Below are positions 1-15,000 of a stretch of DNA of 64,000 nucleotides, piece by piece. The notes beneath the pieces are model-generated. The model saw only the letters and a program-made list of their open reading frames with translations. It made no database searches and had not been told where the DNA came from. A program made the position numbers and the translations under genes. The DNA lies in contig OZ241981.1 of the NCBI GenBank assembly GCA_965204345.1, positions 384,001-448,000 of the forward strand, in the 5' to 3' direction. Source of the DNA: Nitrosopumilus sp. Lineage in GTDB: Archaea; Thermoproteota; Nitrososphaeria; Nitrososphaerales; Nitrosopumilaceae. Numbering within the stretch: position 1 is the first letter of the stretch; each line of letters opens with the position of its first letter.

Positions 1-3000
1 CGGCCAGTCCAATCACCAAATGAACCGGTTACAACGACATTAGCTGGATAGGTGACAGTTACTGTTTGAGAATCAGAGACAGCAGAAGTAACAACAGTCG
101 CAGAATTAGAGATTGTCACACTCTTTACTCCGTTTGCACTATCATCAGCAAATGTTGGTGCGCCATTAAAGTTAATCAGTTGGCCATCAGTGGCAATAAT
201 TGTGTCAGGTAATGTGTCATATACTACATTAAGGGTGATCAAATTTGAGGATGGCTCATATGTAGGTTGGCCATCAGGGCCTCCAAGCGGGATATCGGCC
301 TCAATGTCATCTCCTGTAGTGTTGATGGTGACAGTAACTGGAGCAGATGTGGTGTTGGGGTTGCCTGCAAGGTCTGTTGCCACGTCTGCTGCTATTGATA
401 CAATTACGGTTCCGTCTGATGAGCCGCGTGCCACATTAAAGGTGTAGACACTGCCAGTACCACCAATGTTGGATGCTGTGGGACTACCGCCGTTGGCAGT
501 GCCTTCTACTGTAATGTCAGATAGGACAAAGTTCTGGACATCCTCGCTAAAGGTTGCAGTAAAGGTTACTGGATCATCACCAGTGGTGGTGCCATCAGCA
601 GACGTGATGGTTACGGATGGCCTTACCATGTCCACAATGATAATATGTATAGCATCTGTGTTGCCACCCACTACTACATTGTCAGGTATTCTTACTGTCA
701 GCTGACCTTCTAGAGTGATGCCGTGTGCGACTGTAAAGTCGTATTGGGTACCACTGGTTTCAGTAAAGGCAGTTATCAGGCTATTAGCTGCTGGAGTTCC
801 GTCAATTTCCACACCGATGTCAGATTGTACAAATCCTGTGACATCCTCACTAAAGGTTGCAGTAAATGAGACGGCCTCAGAGTTTGTAGGATCAGCAGCA
901 TTTGTGCTCAGGGATACGTATGGGACATCGGTGTTTATGGTAACGGTAACTGGAGCAGATGCGGTGTTGGGGTTGCCTGCAAGGTCTGCTGCTACGTCTG
1001 CTGCAATGGATACAATTACTGTTCCGTCAGAGGATATGCCTGCAACGTTAAAGGTGTATGTGCTGGCATCAACTGCTACAAAGTCAGTTGCTGTGAGGGT
1101 GCCGTTGTTGGCAGTGCCTGCTACTGTAATGTCAGATAGGACAAACTCTTCAACATCCTCTCTAAATTCTACTATAAATGGTACCGTATCAAGTCCGGTG
1201 CTGCTGCCTGCAGGTGAACTGACAGAGACTGTTGGGGCAGTGGTGTCTATTGTGACGGTAACTAAATTAGATGCGGTGTTGGGGTTGCCTGCAAGGTCTG
1301 CTGCCACGTCTGCTGCAATGGATGCAGTTACGGTTCCGTCTGTAGAGCCACGAGCAACATCAAAGGTGTATGTGCGGGCACCAACTGTTGCAAAGTTGGC
1401 TGCTACTGGAGCACCGCCGTTTGCGGTGCCTGCTACTGTAATGTCAGCCAGAACAAAGTTCTGAACAACCTCGCTAAAGGTTGCAGTAAAGGTTATGGTA
1501 TCAGAGTTGGTGAGATCATTGGCAGTTGTAGTTACAGAGACTGTTGGGACAATGGTGTCTAGGGTAACGGTAACTGGGGCAGATGCGGTGTTGGAGTTGC
1601 CTGCAAGATCTGCTGCCACGTCTGCTGCTATGGATGCAGTTACGGTTCCGTCTGAGGAGCCGCGAGCAACATCAAAGGTGTATGTGCGGGCATCAACTGT
1701 TGCAAAGTTGGCTGCTACTGGATTGCCGCCGTTGGCAGTGCCAGTTACTGTAATGTCACCTAGTTCAAAGTTCTGGACATCCTCGTTAAAGGTTGCAGTA
1801 AAGGTTACGGGGTCATCACCAGTAAGGGTGCCATCGGCAGGCGTGATGGTTACGGTTGGAACAAGAGTGTCTATTGTGACGGTAACTGGGGCAGATGCGG
1901 TGTTGGGGTTGCCTGCAAGGTCTGTTGCCACGTCTGCTGCAATGGATGGAGATACGGTTCCGTCTGTGGAGCCTCGAGCAACATCAAAGGTGTATGTGCG
2001 GGCATCAACTGTTGCAAAGTTGGCTGCTGCAGGAGCGCCGCCGTTGGCAGTGCCAGTTACTGTAATGTCAGCCACAACAAAGTTCTGGACATCCTCGTTA
2101 AAGGTTGCAGTAAAGGTTACGGGGTCATCACCAGTGATGGTGCCATCAGCAGGAGTAATGGTTACAGTTAGGGCAGTAGTATCTATTGTGACGGTAACTG
2201 GGGCAGATGCGGTGTTGGGGTTGCCTGCAAGATCTGCTGCCACATTTGCACCTATGGATGGAGTTACGGTTCCGTCTGTGGAGCCTCGAGCAACATCAAA
2301 GGTGTATGTGCGGGCATTAACTGTTGCAAAGTTGGCTGCTACTGGATTGCCGCCGTTGGCAGTGCCAGTTACTGTAATGTCAGCCACAACAAAGTTCTGG
2401 ATATCCTCGCTAAAGGTTGCAGTAAAGGTTACGGGGTCATCACGGGTGGTGGTGCCATCGGCAGGTGTGATGGTTACGGTTGGAACAAGAGTGTCTATTG
2501 TGACGGTAACTGGGGCAGATGCGGTGTTGGGGTTGCCTGCAAGGTCTGTTGCCACGTCTGCTGCAATGGATGCAGTTATGGTTCCGTCTGTGGAGCCGCG
2601 AGCAACATCAAAGGTGTATGTGCGGGCATCAACTGTCTGGAAGTTTTCTGCTGTGAGGGTGCCGTCGTTAGCAGTACCAGTTACTGTAATGTCAGCTAGG
2701 ACAAAGTTCTCAACGTCCTCGCCAAATGTTGCAGTAAATGTTACTGGGTCATCGTTGGTGCGAGTGCCATCGGCAGGTGTGATGATTACGGATGGATCTA
2801 TTCTGTCCACTGTGAGTGTATGAGTATTTGCTGTGTTGCCCTCTACTACCGCATCGTCAGGTATGGTTACTGTCAGCTGTCCTTCTGCGGCGATGCCGTG
2901 TGTTACTGTAAAGGCATAGTCAGCACCGCTTCCACTAAAGGCAGTTATCAGGCTATTATCTGCTGTGGTTCCGTCAATTGCTACAACGATGTCAGATTGT

Positions 3001-6000
3001 ACAAATCCTGTGACATCCTCGTCAAATGTTGCAGTAAATGGTATGGTCTCAGAGTTGGTAGGATCAGCAGCAGTTGTGTCCAAGGATACTGATGGGACAG
3101 TGGTGTCTACGGTGACGGTAACTGGGGCAGATGCGGTGTTGGAGTTGCCTGCAAGGTCTGTTGCCACATCTGCTGCAATTGATGCAATTACTGTTCCGTC
3201 AGAAGATATGCCTGCAACGTTAAAGGTGTATGTGCGGGCATCAACTGTTGTAAAGCCGGATGCTGTGAGGGTGCCGCCGTTTGCGGTGCCTGCTAATGTA
3301 ATGTCATCTAGGACAAAGTTCTCAACGTCTTCGTCAAATGTTACTCTAAATGGTACCGTATCAAGTCCAGTGCTACTGCCTGTAGATGAACTAACAGAGA
3401 CAGTTGGGGCAAGAGTGTCTATTATGACAGTAACTGGGGCAGATGCGGTGTTGGAGTTGCCTGCAAGGTCTGTTGCTACGTCTGCTGCTATGGATGGAAT
3501 TATAGTTCCGTCTGTGGAGCCTCGAGCAACATCAAAGGTGTAGACACTTCCTGTTCCAAGAAGGTTGGTTGCTGCGGGACTGCCGCCGTTGGCAGTACCA
3601 GCTACTGTAATGTCAGTCAGGATAAAGTCCTCAACGTCCTTGCTAAATGTTGCCGTAAATGTTACCGTATCAGAGTTGGTGTTCTCTCCTACAGTTGTAG
3701 TCACAGAGACTGTTAGAGGAACGGTGTCTATTGTGAGAGTAACTGGGGCAGATGCGATGTTGGAGTTGCCTGCAAGGTCTGTTGCCACATTTGCTGCTAT
3801 GGATGCAGTTACGGTTCCGTCTGTGGTACCGCGAGCAACATCAAAGGTGTAGACACTTCCTTCACCATTAAGGTTGGATGCTACTGGACTGCCGCCGTTT
3901 GCGGTACCAGTTACTGTAATGTCAGCTAGCTCAAAGTTCTCAACGTCTTCACTAAAGGTTGCCGTAAACGTTACTGGGTCATCGCCAGTGGTAGTACCAT
4001 CGGCAGGTGTGATAGTTACAGTTGGGACTATTCTGTCCACTGTGAGTGTAGTTACAGTACTTGCTGTGTTACCCTCTACTACCGCATCGTCAGGTATGGT
4101 TACTGTCAGCTGTCCTTCTTCGGCGATGCCGTGTGTTACTGTAAAGGTATAGTCAGCACCGCTTCCACCAAATTCAGTTATCAGGCTGCCAGGTGTGGCT
4201 GGGTTTCCATCAATTGTCACTACAATGTCATCTGCGATAAATCCTGTGACGTCACTGCCAAATGTTGCCGTAAATTGTATGGCCTCAGAGTTGGTAGGAT
4301 CAGTTACATTAGTACTCAGAGATACGGTTGCAGCATCCAGATAGTTTATTGTAAGATCTGCTGTTGTATGCCTGTTTCCATCAGAGAAGGTTGCCTGTAC
4401 TGTACATGTTGATGCACCAGCAAAAGCATTGATAGGCTCAAAGTCAAACTGTCCGTTTGACAGGATGGTAGAGGTAAAGTCCGTACAGTCACTAGATGTG
4501 GGATCAGAGACTAGTGTCAGTGTGCCGTCATCTGTGTAATAATTGTTAATGTCAAGTGTAACCTTTCTGGGCTGGCTTGATAAGACATCAACTGTCAGCG
4601 GTGTTGCAGTACGTACTGGTGCGGCATCCAGTACGACAGATATGTTTACAGTGTATGCACCGCCTGTGCTGGTATATGTGCCATCAGAGATGTCAAAGGA
4701 GAGCGTACATGTCTCAGCAGCAGAGGATACAAACCTGAACGTATCAGAGCCAGCTGGTGGCTGCTGCGTCAGAGCTCCAGTACAGTCGTCTGATATGTTG
4801 GTGTATGATAGCGTATCACCATTAGGATCTGTAAAGTGGTCATCAAGTGAGAACTCTTGGTGTGGGTCTAATACAGGATGCTGCAGGGTTATGCCAGGCG
4901 ATACCGCAGGAACCGGAGGCAGTGTTGTGATAGTTATGGTAACTGAATTAGATGCAGTGTTGGGGTTGTCTGCAAGATCTCTTGCCACATCTCCTGCAAT
5001 TGATACGGTTACGGTTCCGTCTGTGGAGCCGCGAGCAACATCAAAGGTGTAGACACTGCCGTCTCCAAGAAGGTTGGATGCTACTGGACTGCCGCCGTTG
5101 ACAGTACCAGTTACTGTAATGTCAGATAGGACAAAGTTCTGGACATCCTCACTAAAGGTTGCCGTAAAGGTTACGGGGTCATCACCGGTGGTGGTACCAT
5201 CGACAGGTGTGATGGTTACAGTTGGATCTATTCTGTCCACTGTGAGTGTATGAGTATCTTCCGTGTTGCCCCCTGCTACCACACCATCAGGTATGGTTAC
5301 TGTCAGCAGTCCTTCTGCGGTGATGCCGTGTGTTACTGTAAAGGTGTATTCAGCACCGCTTCCACTAAAGGCAGTTATCAGGCCAGGTGTTTCGGTTCCG
5401 TCAATTTCCACAACAATATCAGACTGCTCGAATTGTGTGACACTCTCGCTAAATGCTGCAGTAAAGTCGACGGTATCAGAGTTGGTAGGATCAGCTGTAT
5501 CAGTGCGCAGTAATACTGATGGGACAGTGGTGTCTACGGTGACGGTAACTGGGGCAGATGCGGTGTTGGAGTTGCCTGCAAGGTCTGTTGCTATGTCTGC
5601 TGCAATTGATATGATTACTGTTCCGTCAGAAGATATGCCTGCAACGTTAAAGGTGTATGTGCGGGCATCAACTGTTGCAAAGCCGGATGCTGTGAGGGTG
5701 CCGCCGTTTGCGGTACCTGCTACTGTAATGTCATCTAGGACAAAGTTCTCAACGTCTTCGTCAAATGTTACTCTAAATGGTACCGTATCAAGTCCGGTGC
5801 TACTGCCTGTAGATGAACTGACAGAGACAGTTGGGGCAAGAGTGTCTATTATGACAGTAACTGGGGCAGATGCGGTGTTGGGGTTGTCTGCAAGGTCTGT
5901 TGCTACGTCTGCTGCAATGGATGGAATTACGGTTCCGTCTGTGGAGCCTCGAGCAACATCAAAGGTGTAGACATTTCCTGTTCCAAGAAGGTTGGATGCC

Positions 6001-9000
6001 ACTGGATTGCCGCCGTTTGCGGTACCAGTTACTGTAATGTCAGTCAGGATAAAGTCCTCAACGTCCTTGTTGAATGTTGCCGTAAATGTTACCGTATCAG
6101 AGTTGGTGTTCTCTCCTACAGTTGTAGTCACAGAGACTGTTAGGGGAACGGTGTCTATTGTGAGAGTAACTGAATTAGATTCGGTGTTGGGGTTGTCTGC
6201 AAGGTCTGTTAGCTCACCAACATCTATTGATACGGTCACGGTTCCGTCTGTCGAGCCGCGAGCAACATCAAAGGTGTAGACACTGCCGTCTCCAAGAAGG
6301 TTGGATGCCACTGGATTGCCGCCGTTTGCGGTACCTGCTACCGTAATGTCTCTTAGCTCAAAGTCCTTAACATCCTCGCTAAAGGTTGCCGTAAACGTTA
6401 CTGGGTCATCACCGGTGGTGGTACCATCGGCAGGTGTGATGATTACGGTTGGTCTTATTCTGTCCACGATAAGTGTATGAGTACTTGCCGTGTTGCCCTC
6501 TGCTACCGCATCGTCAGGTATGGTTACTGTCAGCTGTCCTTCTGCGGCGATGCCATGTGTTACTGTAAAGGTATAGTCAGTACCGCTTCCACTAAAGGCA
6601 GTTATCAGGTCAGGTGTTTCGGTTCCGTCAATTTCCACAACAATATCAGACTGCACGAATTGTGTGACATCCTCGCTAAATGTTGCAGTAAAGTTGACGG
6701 TATCAGAGTTGGTAGGATCAGTTACATCTGTACTCAGAGATACGGTTGCAGCATCCAGATAGTTTATTGTAAGCTCTGCAGTCGTGTGCCTGTTTCCATC
6801 AGAGAAGGTTGCCTGTACTGTACATGTTGATGCACTAGCAAAAGCATTGATAGGCTCAAAGTCAAACTGTCCGTTTGACAGGATGGTAGAGACAAAGTCC
6901 GTACAGTCACTAGATGTGGGGGCAGAGACTAGTGTCAGTGTCTGGGTATCTGTGTAATAATTGTTAATGTCAAGTGTAACCTTTCGGAGCTGGTTTGATA
7001 GGACATCAACTGTCAGCGGTGTTGCAGTACGTACTGGTGCGGCATCCAGTACCACAGATATGTTTACAGTGTAGGCACCACCAGTGCTGGCATCAGTGCC
7101 ATCAGAGATGTCAAAGGAGAGCGTACATGTCTCAGCAGCAGAGGATACAAACCTGAACGTATCAGAGCCAGCTGGTGGCTGCTGCGTCAGGGTTCCAGTA
7201 CAGTCATCTGATATATTGGTGTATGATAGCGTATCACCTTCGGGGTCTGTAAAGTGGGCATCAAGTGAGAACTCTTGGTGTGCGGCCAGTACAGGATGCT
7301 GTAGGGTTATGCCCGGTGTTACAGCAGGAACTGGTGGCAGTGTGTTGGTAGTTATGGTAACTGTAACTGAATTAGATGCAGCGTTGAGGTTGCCTGCAAG
7401 GTCTGTTGCTACATCTGCGGCTATGGATGCAGTTACGGTTCCATCCGTCGATCCTCGAGATACATCAAAGGTGTATGTGCGGGCATCAACTGTTACAAAG
7501 TTGGATGTCACGGGACTGCCACCGTTTGCAGTGCCAGATACTGTAATGTCACCTAGTTCAAAGTTCTGGACATCCTCATCAAATGTTGCAGTAAACGTTA
7601 CTGGGTCATCACCGGTAGTGGTGCCATCGGCATGTGTAATGGATACTGTGGGGTTTGCCCTGTCCACCGTAATACGAGATATATCACTAGCACTGCCACC
7701 ATCAGCTGCATCAGCAGGTATGACTACTACTAGCAGGCTTTCTGTGAGGCCGTGTGTGACTGTAAAGGTGTATTGGGCTCCCTCTCCCGCAAAGGAAGTT
7801 ATCAGGCCAGGTGTGGTGGTGGTTTCATCAATACGCACTATAATATCATCCTGATCAAATCCTGTGACAGCTCTGCCAAATGTTACCGTATATGGTATGG
7901 CCTCAAGGTTGGTGAGATCGCCTACATCCGTAGTCAGAGATACGGATGTACGATCCAGATAGTTTATTGTAAACGCTACAGGTGTAAGGTAGTTTCCATC
8001 AGAGAAGGTTGTCTGTACTGTGCATGTTAGCCCGCCAGTAGAGTCTTCTATGACCTCAAATGTAAACACACCACTGTCTGGTGAGGTAGATCTAAATGTA
8101 CAGTCATCAGAGGTTATAGTATTAAATATTGACAGTGACTTGTCATCTGTGTAATAGTCGTTAATGTCAATTGTAACTGTCCTAGACTGGTCTGATAGGA
8201 CATCAATTACCAGAGGCGTTGCAGTTCGTACGGGTGCGGGATTTTCTGTGACTACCAGCTCAAAAGAGTATGGCTGCCCCGTGCTTTGCGTCGTGCCGTC
8301 TGAGATGTCAAAGGATATCACACATGTAGTGCCGACATCACGTGCGAAGGGAGCAATTTGCATGTTATGATTGTCTAGCAGTGTAACATCCAAGGTGACA
8401 CCAGCAGCGCAGCTTGAGAAATTATTGAAAGACAGCGTGTCAAATTCAGGATCCTCAAAGTGGTCACGCAGTGAAATTTGCGGATCTGTTATGCTTGGAT
8501 ATTCTACTATTGCAGATGGTACGGATGCAGGTATTGGTGGCAGTAGGTTAGTTACGGTAGATAACACACGGTATGAGGATGTAAACTGTTCTGTTGCAGA
8601 GCCGTCTGTCACATCAAAGGTAAAGCTACAGTCTTCAGGATACGTCACCGCGTTGTTTGGCGTTGCAGTAACGGTAAAGGCACCCGTCGGATTTACAGTC
8701 ACGCTAGATGACTGGCATGCATTGTTATCTAGGGTATAGGACAGGGTATCATCATCCGGATCTGCAATGTTGGTAGCTAGGTTGCCTGTGTGTGTCTCAT
8801 CAATATTAAATGAAAAACTAGATACAGTTCCAGCAGGAATACGGTTGACATCTGTGACAGTCAGTGTAAATGACCCAGTAATGGTATCAGCACCATCATC
8901 TAGCTGATATTCTACCTGGATTTCAGTAGAGAGGTCAAAGTTATCCCTTATGCTGGTGCCAGTTGGGGGATGAGCCACTACATCAAAAGGTATGTTGCCT

Positions 9001-12000
9001 GTGACTAGTCCATCCAAATTTATGCTCAGATAACTATGACCGGTACTTATGAGACCGACATCAGCGGGGAAAAAGTTAGCAGGTAATGATACCTGATGTG
9101 AAAGAGATTCACCCTCTGCAACAGTTACGGTTGGAAGGCTAAGATAATTTATTGTAATCTCTGTATCTGTGTGCCTGTTTCCATCAGAGAAGGTTGCCTG
9201 TACTGTACATGTTGATGCACTAGCAAAAGCATTGATAGGCTCAAAGTCAAACTGTCCGTTTGACAGGATGGCAGAGTTAAAATCTGTACAGTCATCAGAT
9301 GTGGGATCAGAGACTAGTGTCAGTGTCTTGGCATCAGTATAATAGTCATTAATGTCAAGTGTAACCTTTCGGGGCTGGTCTGCTGGGACATCAACTGTCA
9401 GGGGTGTTGCAGTACGTACGGGTGCGGCATCCAGTACCACAGATATGTTTACAGTGTAGGCACTGCCAGTGCTGGCAATAGTGCCATCAGAGATGTCAAA
9501 GGAGAGCGTACATGTCTCAGCAGCAGAGGATACAAACCTGAACGTATCAGAGCCAGCTGGTGGCTGCTGCGTCAGGGTTCCAGTACAGTCATCTGATGGA
9601 TTGGTGTATGATAGCGTATCGCCATTAGGGTCTGTAAAGTGGTCATCAAGTGAGAACTCTTGGTGTGCGGCCAGTACTGGGTGCTGTAGGGTTATGCCAG
9701 GTGTTACAGCAGGAACCGGTGGCAGTGTGTTGGTAGTTATGGTAACTGTAACTGAATTAGATGCGGTGTTGGGGTTGCCTGCAAGGTCTGCTGCCACGCC
9801 TGCGGCAATGGATGCAGTTACGGTTCCGTCTGTCGAGCCTCGAGCAACATCAAAGGTGTATGTGCGGGCATCAACTGTTACAAAGTTGGATGTCACGGGA
9901 CTGCCGCCGTTTGCAGTGCCTGCTACTGTAATGTCACCTACCACAAAGTTCTGGACAGCCTTGCTAAATGTTGCAGTAAACGTTACGGGGTCATCACCGG
10001 TGGTGGTACCATCGGCTGGTGTGATGGTTACTGATGGAACAAGAGTGTCTATTGTGACGGTAACTGAATTAGATGCGGTGTTGGGGTTGCCTGCAAGGTC
10101 TGCTGCCACGCCTGCGGCAATGGATGCAGTTACGGTTCCGTCTGTCGAGCCTCGAGATACATCAAAGGTGTATGTGCGGGCATCAACTGTTACAAAGTTG
10201 GATGTCACGGGACTGCCGCCGTTTGCAGTGCCTGCTACTGTAATGTCACCTACCACAAAGTTCTGGACAGCCTTGCTAAATGTTGCAGTAAACGTTACGG
10301 GGTCATCACCGGTGGTGGTACCATCGGCTGGTGTGATGGTTACTGATGGAACAAGAGTGTCTATTGTGACGGTAACTGAATTAGATGCGGTGTTGGGGTT
10401 GCCTGCAAGGTCTGCTGCCACGCCTGCGGCAATGGATGCAGTTACGGTTCCGTCTGTCGAGCCTCGAGATACATCAAAGGTGTATGTGCGGGCATCAACT
10501 GTTACAAAGTTGGATACAGCAGGATTGCCGCCGTTTGCAGTGCCTGCTACTGTAATGTCACCTACCACAAAGTTCTGGACATTCTCGCTAAATGTTGCAG
10601 TAAACGTTACGGGGTCATCACCGGTGGTGGTACCATCGGCAGGTGTGATGGTTACTGATGGGTTTGTCCTGTCCACGGTGAGTGTAGTAGTAGCACTTGC
10701 CGTGTTGCCCTCGGGGGTCACATTGGCAGGTATGGTTACTGTTAGCTGGCCTTGTGTGGTAATGCCGTGTGTTACTGTAAAGGCATAGTCAGCACCGCTT
10801 CCACTAAATGCAGATATCAGACCCGGTGTGTCAGTTCCGTTAATTGCCACTACAATGTCATCCCGGATGAATTCTGTGACATCCTCGCTAAATGTTGCAG
10901 TAAATGGTATGGCCGCAAGATTGGTGATTGGATCGGCAGTAGTAGTTATAGATGCAGTAAGGTCAGACAGATATTGTATGATAATTTCTGTATCAATCTC
11001 CCTGTTGCCGTCGCTTATGGTAATTTCCAGGGTACAAACGTCTGCGGTGACAAACTCATTTGCCGGGGTAAAGTAAAAGTTGGTGGGGGTAACGTCAGTT
11101 ACACCAAAAGCGTCACAGTCAAGCGAATCCCAACTGGCAAAGACAATTGTGAGCTGCTTGTTGTCATCATAAAGGTTGTTGGGATTAATGTTTACCGTGC
11201 GGGATTGGCCTGGCTGCACCTGTATGATCAGATCACCGGGGATAGGGGCAGGGTCTTCTATCACATTTAGGGTTACGCTGTATGGACTGTCAGTACTGGT
11301 ATGTGTGCCATCAGAAATGTTAAAGGTCAAAATGCATGTCTCTGCAGTGGTAGAACTAAAGAGAAATTCAGAGCCAGTTGACAGGTCTCCTTGACAGAGA
11401 TCAGACAGGTCTTCAAAGGTTATGACGTCTCCGTCTGGATCCACAAAGTGATCAGAGAGGGAGATTGACTGGCTTGCTAGTGTAGGATACTCCAAGGTTA
11501 TGACGGGAGGTACTGTTGGAATCGGGGGCAACAAGTTGGTGGAGGTACCATCTATTGTGACGGTAACAGATCTAGGCGATGCCGTGTTGGAGTTGCCTAG
11601 GATGTCTGTTGCCACGTCTGCTGCAATTGACACAGTTACGGTTCCGTCCGTCGAGCCGCGGAGAACATCAAAGGTGTATGTGCGGCCATCAACTGTTGCA
11701 AAGTTGGTTGCTGCAGGACTGCCACCGTTGGCAGTGCCTGTTACTGTAATGTCTCCAAGCTCAAAGTTCACAACACTCTTGGTAAAGGTTGCCGTAAATG
11801 GTATGGTAGTAAGGCTAGTGATGCTTCCGGCAGTCGAGCCGACATGAACTTGTGGGGCAACAGTGTCTATTGTGACGGTAACTGGTGCAGATGCGGTGTT
11901 GAGGTTGCCTGCAAGGTCTGCTGCCACGTCTGCTGCTATGGATGCAGTTACGGTTCCGTCCGTCGAGCCTCGAGCAACATCAAAGGTGTATGTGCGGGCA

Positions 12001-15000
12001 TCAACTGTTGCAAAGTTGGTTGCTGTTGGAGTGCCGCCGTTGGCAGTGCCTGTTACTGTAATGTCACCTACCACAAAGTTTTGGACATCCTCGTCAAATG
12101 TTGCCGTAAACGTTACTGGGTCATCACCAGTTGTGGTGCCATCGGCAGGTGTAATGGATACTGATGGGCGTACTCTGTCCACGGTGATAGTGAGGGCACC
12201 CTCGTTGTTGCTTTCGACTGTCACACCGTCAGGTATGGTTACTGTCAGCTGGCCTTGTGTGGTGATGCCGTGTGTGACTGTAAAGTCGTATTCACGGCCG
12301 CTTCCACTAAAGGTATCTACCAGACCTGGTGTGTCGGTTCCGTCAATTGCCACAGTGATATCAGACAGGATGAATTCTGTGACATTGCCGCTAAATGATG
12401 CCGTAAATGGTATGGTAACAAGATTGGTGGGATCAGATGCAGTTGTGTCCAGAGATACTGATATGACACGGGTGTCTATGGTGACGGTAACTGGAGCAGA
12501 TGCGGTGTTGAGGTTGTTTGCATCATCTGTTGCCACGTCTGCTGCAATTGACACAGTTACGGTTCCGTCCGTCGAGCCGCGGACAACATCAAAGGTGTAT
12601 GTGCGGCCATCAACTGTTGCAAAGTTAGATACAGCAGGGTTGCCGCCGTTGGCAGTGCCATTTACTGTAATGTCTCCCAGCTCAAACTCATCAACGTCCT
12701 CGCTAAATGTTACAGTAAATGGCACGGTGTCAAATTCAGTGTGTGTCCCCACATCAGATGCCACAGTTACGGTTGGCTTTGTTTGATCTATTGTGACAGT
12801 GACAGGACCGATTGGCTCAGGGTTAGGAGCTCCGCTCTGATCTAAGACCAAAGCAGGAATGACTACGCTTATGGTTCCATCCGATGAGCCTCGAGCAACC
12901 TCAAACGCATAAGAGGTGCCAGAACCTTCAAAGTTGGATATTGCTGGACTGCCGCCGTTAGCAGTGCCTGATACAAAAAGGGATAACGGGGTAAAAGTAA
13001 CCGCCTCACTAAGTTCTACGGCAAATCTCACCCTGTCGGCATTGGTCAGCGGACCTACATCAGGTGTTATGGTTGCAACCGGAGCCAGATCAGATGTGAA
13101 TTCAGTAGTCGGAAATACCGTGTTAGGATTGCCTGCCCTATCAGATGCTGCATTGGCAGGTATGGATACCGTAAAGGGGAGTGGCACGGTGCCGTCTTCG
13201 GGGGCGCGTTCCACATCAAAGGTGTATGTGGTGCTATCTACTATCTCAAAGTTGGATGCCACAGGATTGCCGCCGTTTACGTCACCAGATATCACAATAT
13301 CGGATAATTCAAACCCGGTGACATCTTCGGTGAATGTTACGATAAATGGTATGGTGCTAAATGTTGCAAACCTATTAAATGAAACACCCTCAACACTCAC
13401 GCCAGGTGCCGTAGTATCCACTGTTACGGTAACTGAGTTAGAATCTATATTGAGAAGCTCATCGTTGCCTGAATGGGTTACAGAGGCACCGGGCAAGAAT
13501 GCTGTTATTGTTCCATCTGATGAACCGCGAGCAACCTCAAAGGTATATTCGTCGGCATCGATTCTCACAAGATTGCTTACTACCGGATTGCCGCCGTTGG
13601 CAGTACCTGTTATTCTAAAGTCATTTACATGAAGTCCAAAGATGTAATGGCTGAATTTTACGGTAAACGGTACAACGTCAAGGGAGGTGAAATCATCAGC
13701 AGTTGTACTGATATGCGGAACCGGCTCTGGTCGGTAAAACACGTTAACTGTAGTGTCCAATGTCCTGCCGACGTCAATTATAGTAAAATGGACATCGCAT
13801 CTTATCGTAGAAGTCGAGAATTGGGGTCCGGTAAAGGCAAAGGAGTGTGGTGTGAGTTGGGATACTGTGTGAGCACATGAGGAGCTTACAGAATCAACAT
13901 TTACTCTAAGGGGATTGTTGTCAGTATAATAGTTATTGATGTCTATGACTACTGGGTCTGTCTGGTCATTAAGTACATTTATGAATCTGACAAGTGTTAA
14001 TGGACTGGGCGGTTGATCAGGGACTATGTCTATATTGATGCTATATGCCCTGCCGGTGCTGACATCCTTGCCATCAGATATGTCAAAGAAAAGCGCACAT
14101 GACTGAGCTGATTGCGGTACAAACGAGAACGTATCGCTTAAAGGACCAGGAGAAGTCAGATCCCCAGTACATGTTGTTATAGCGTTAAGAAAGGTCAAGG
14201 TGTCGCCGTTAGGATCCTCAAAGTATTGTTCCACGGAGAAAGATTGGGACTCACTTAGATTTACCAGGATTACAGTAGGCGGCACATCTGGAATAAGAGG
14301 TAGTGATTGGGGAGCAAGAGTAGCAGTGACGGTAACTGGGGCAGATGCGGTGTTGGGGTTGCCTGCAAGGTCTGCTGTTACATTTGCATCTATTAATACG
14401 GCCACGGTTCCGTCTGTGGTGCCGCGGGCAACATCAAAGGTGTATGTGCGGGCATCAACTGTCTGCAAGTTGGATGCCACGGGACTGCCGCCGTTGGCAG
14501 TGCCAGTTACCGTAATGTCGTTTAGCTCAAAGTTCCTAACGTCCTTGTTGAATGTTGCCGTAAATGGTATCGCATCAAATCCAGTGCTGTCGCCTACATC
14601 TGTATCTACAGAGACTGTCAGGGGAGCAGTATCTATTGTGACAGTAACTGTATTAGACGCAGTACTGAAGAACTGATCGGTACTATCAACAGCTGCCTGA
14701 TCCTTTACAAATACTGTTATTGTTCCATCAGAGGTGCCGCGGGCAACATCAAAGGTGTATACGCGTTCATTGACTATATTGTTAATGCTGGGTGCTTCAG
14801 GATTGCCGCCGTTGGCAGTGCCAGTTACGTCAAGATCAAGGGGATGGAGCCCAAAGGCATTCTTGTTGAATGTTACTGTAAACTGTACAACCTCAAGGTT
14901 GGTGATATCATCAGCGGTTGTGATAATTGGGATCGGGCGTTGACCAGGCGAGGTGTCTATGGTAATGGTAACTGGACGGGATGCGGCATTGGAGTTGTTT

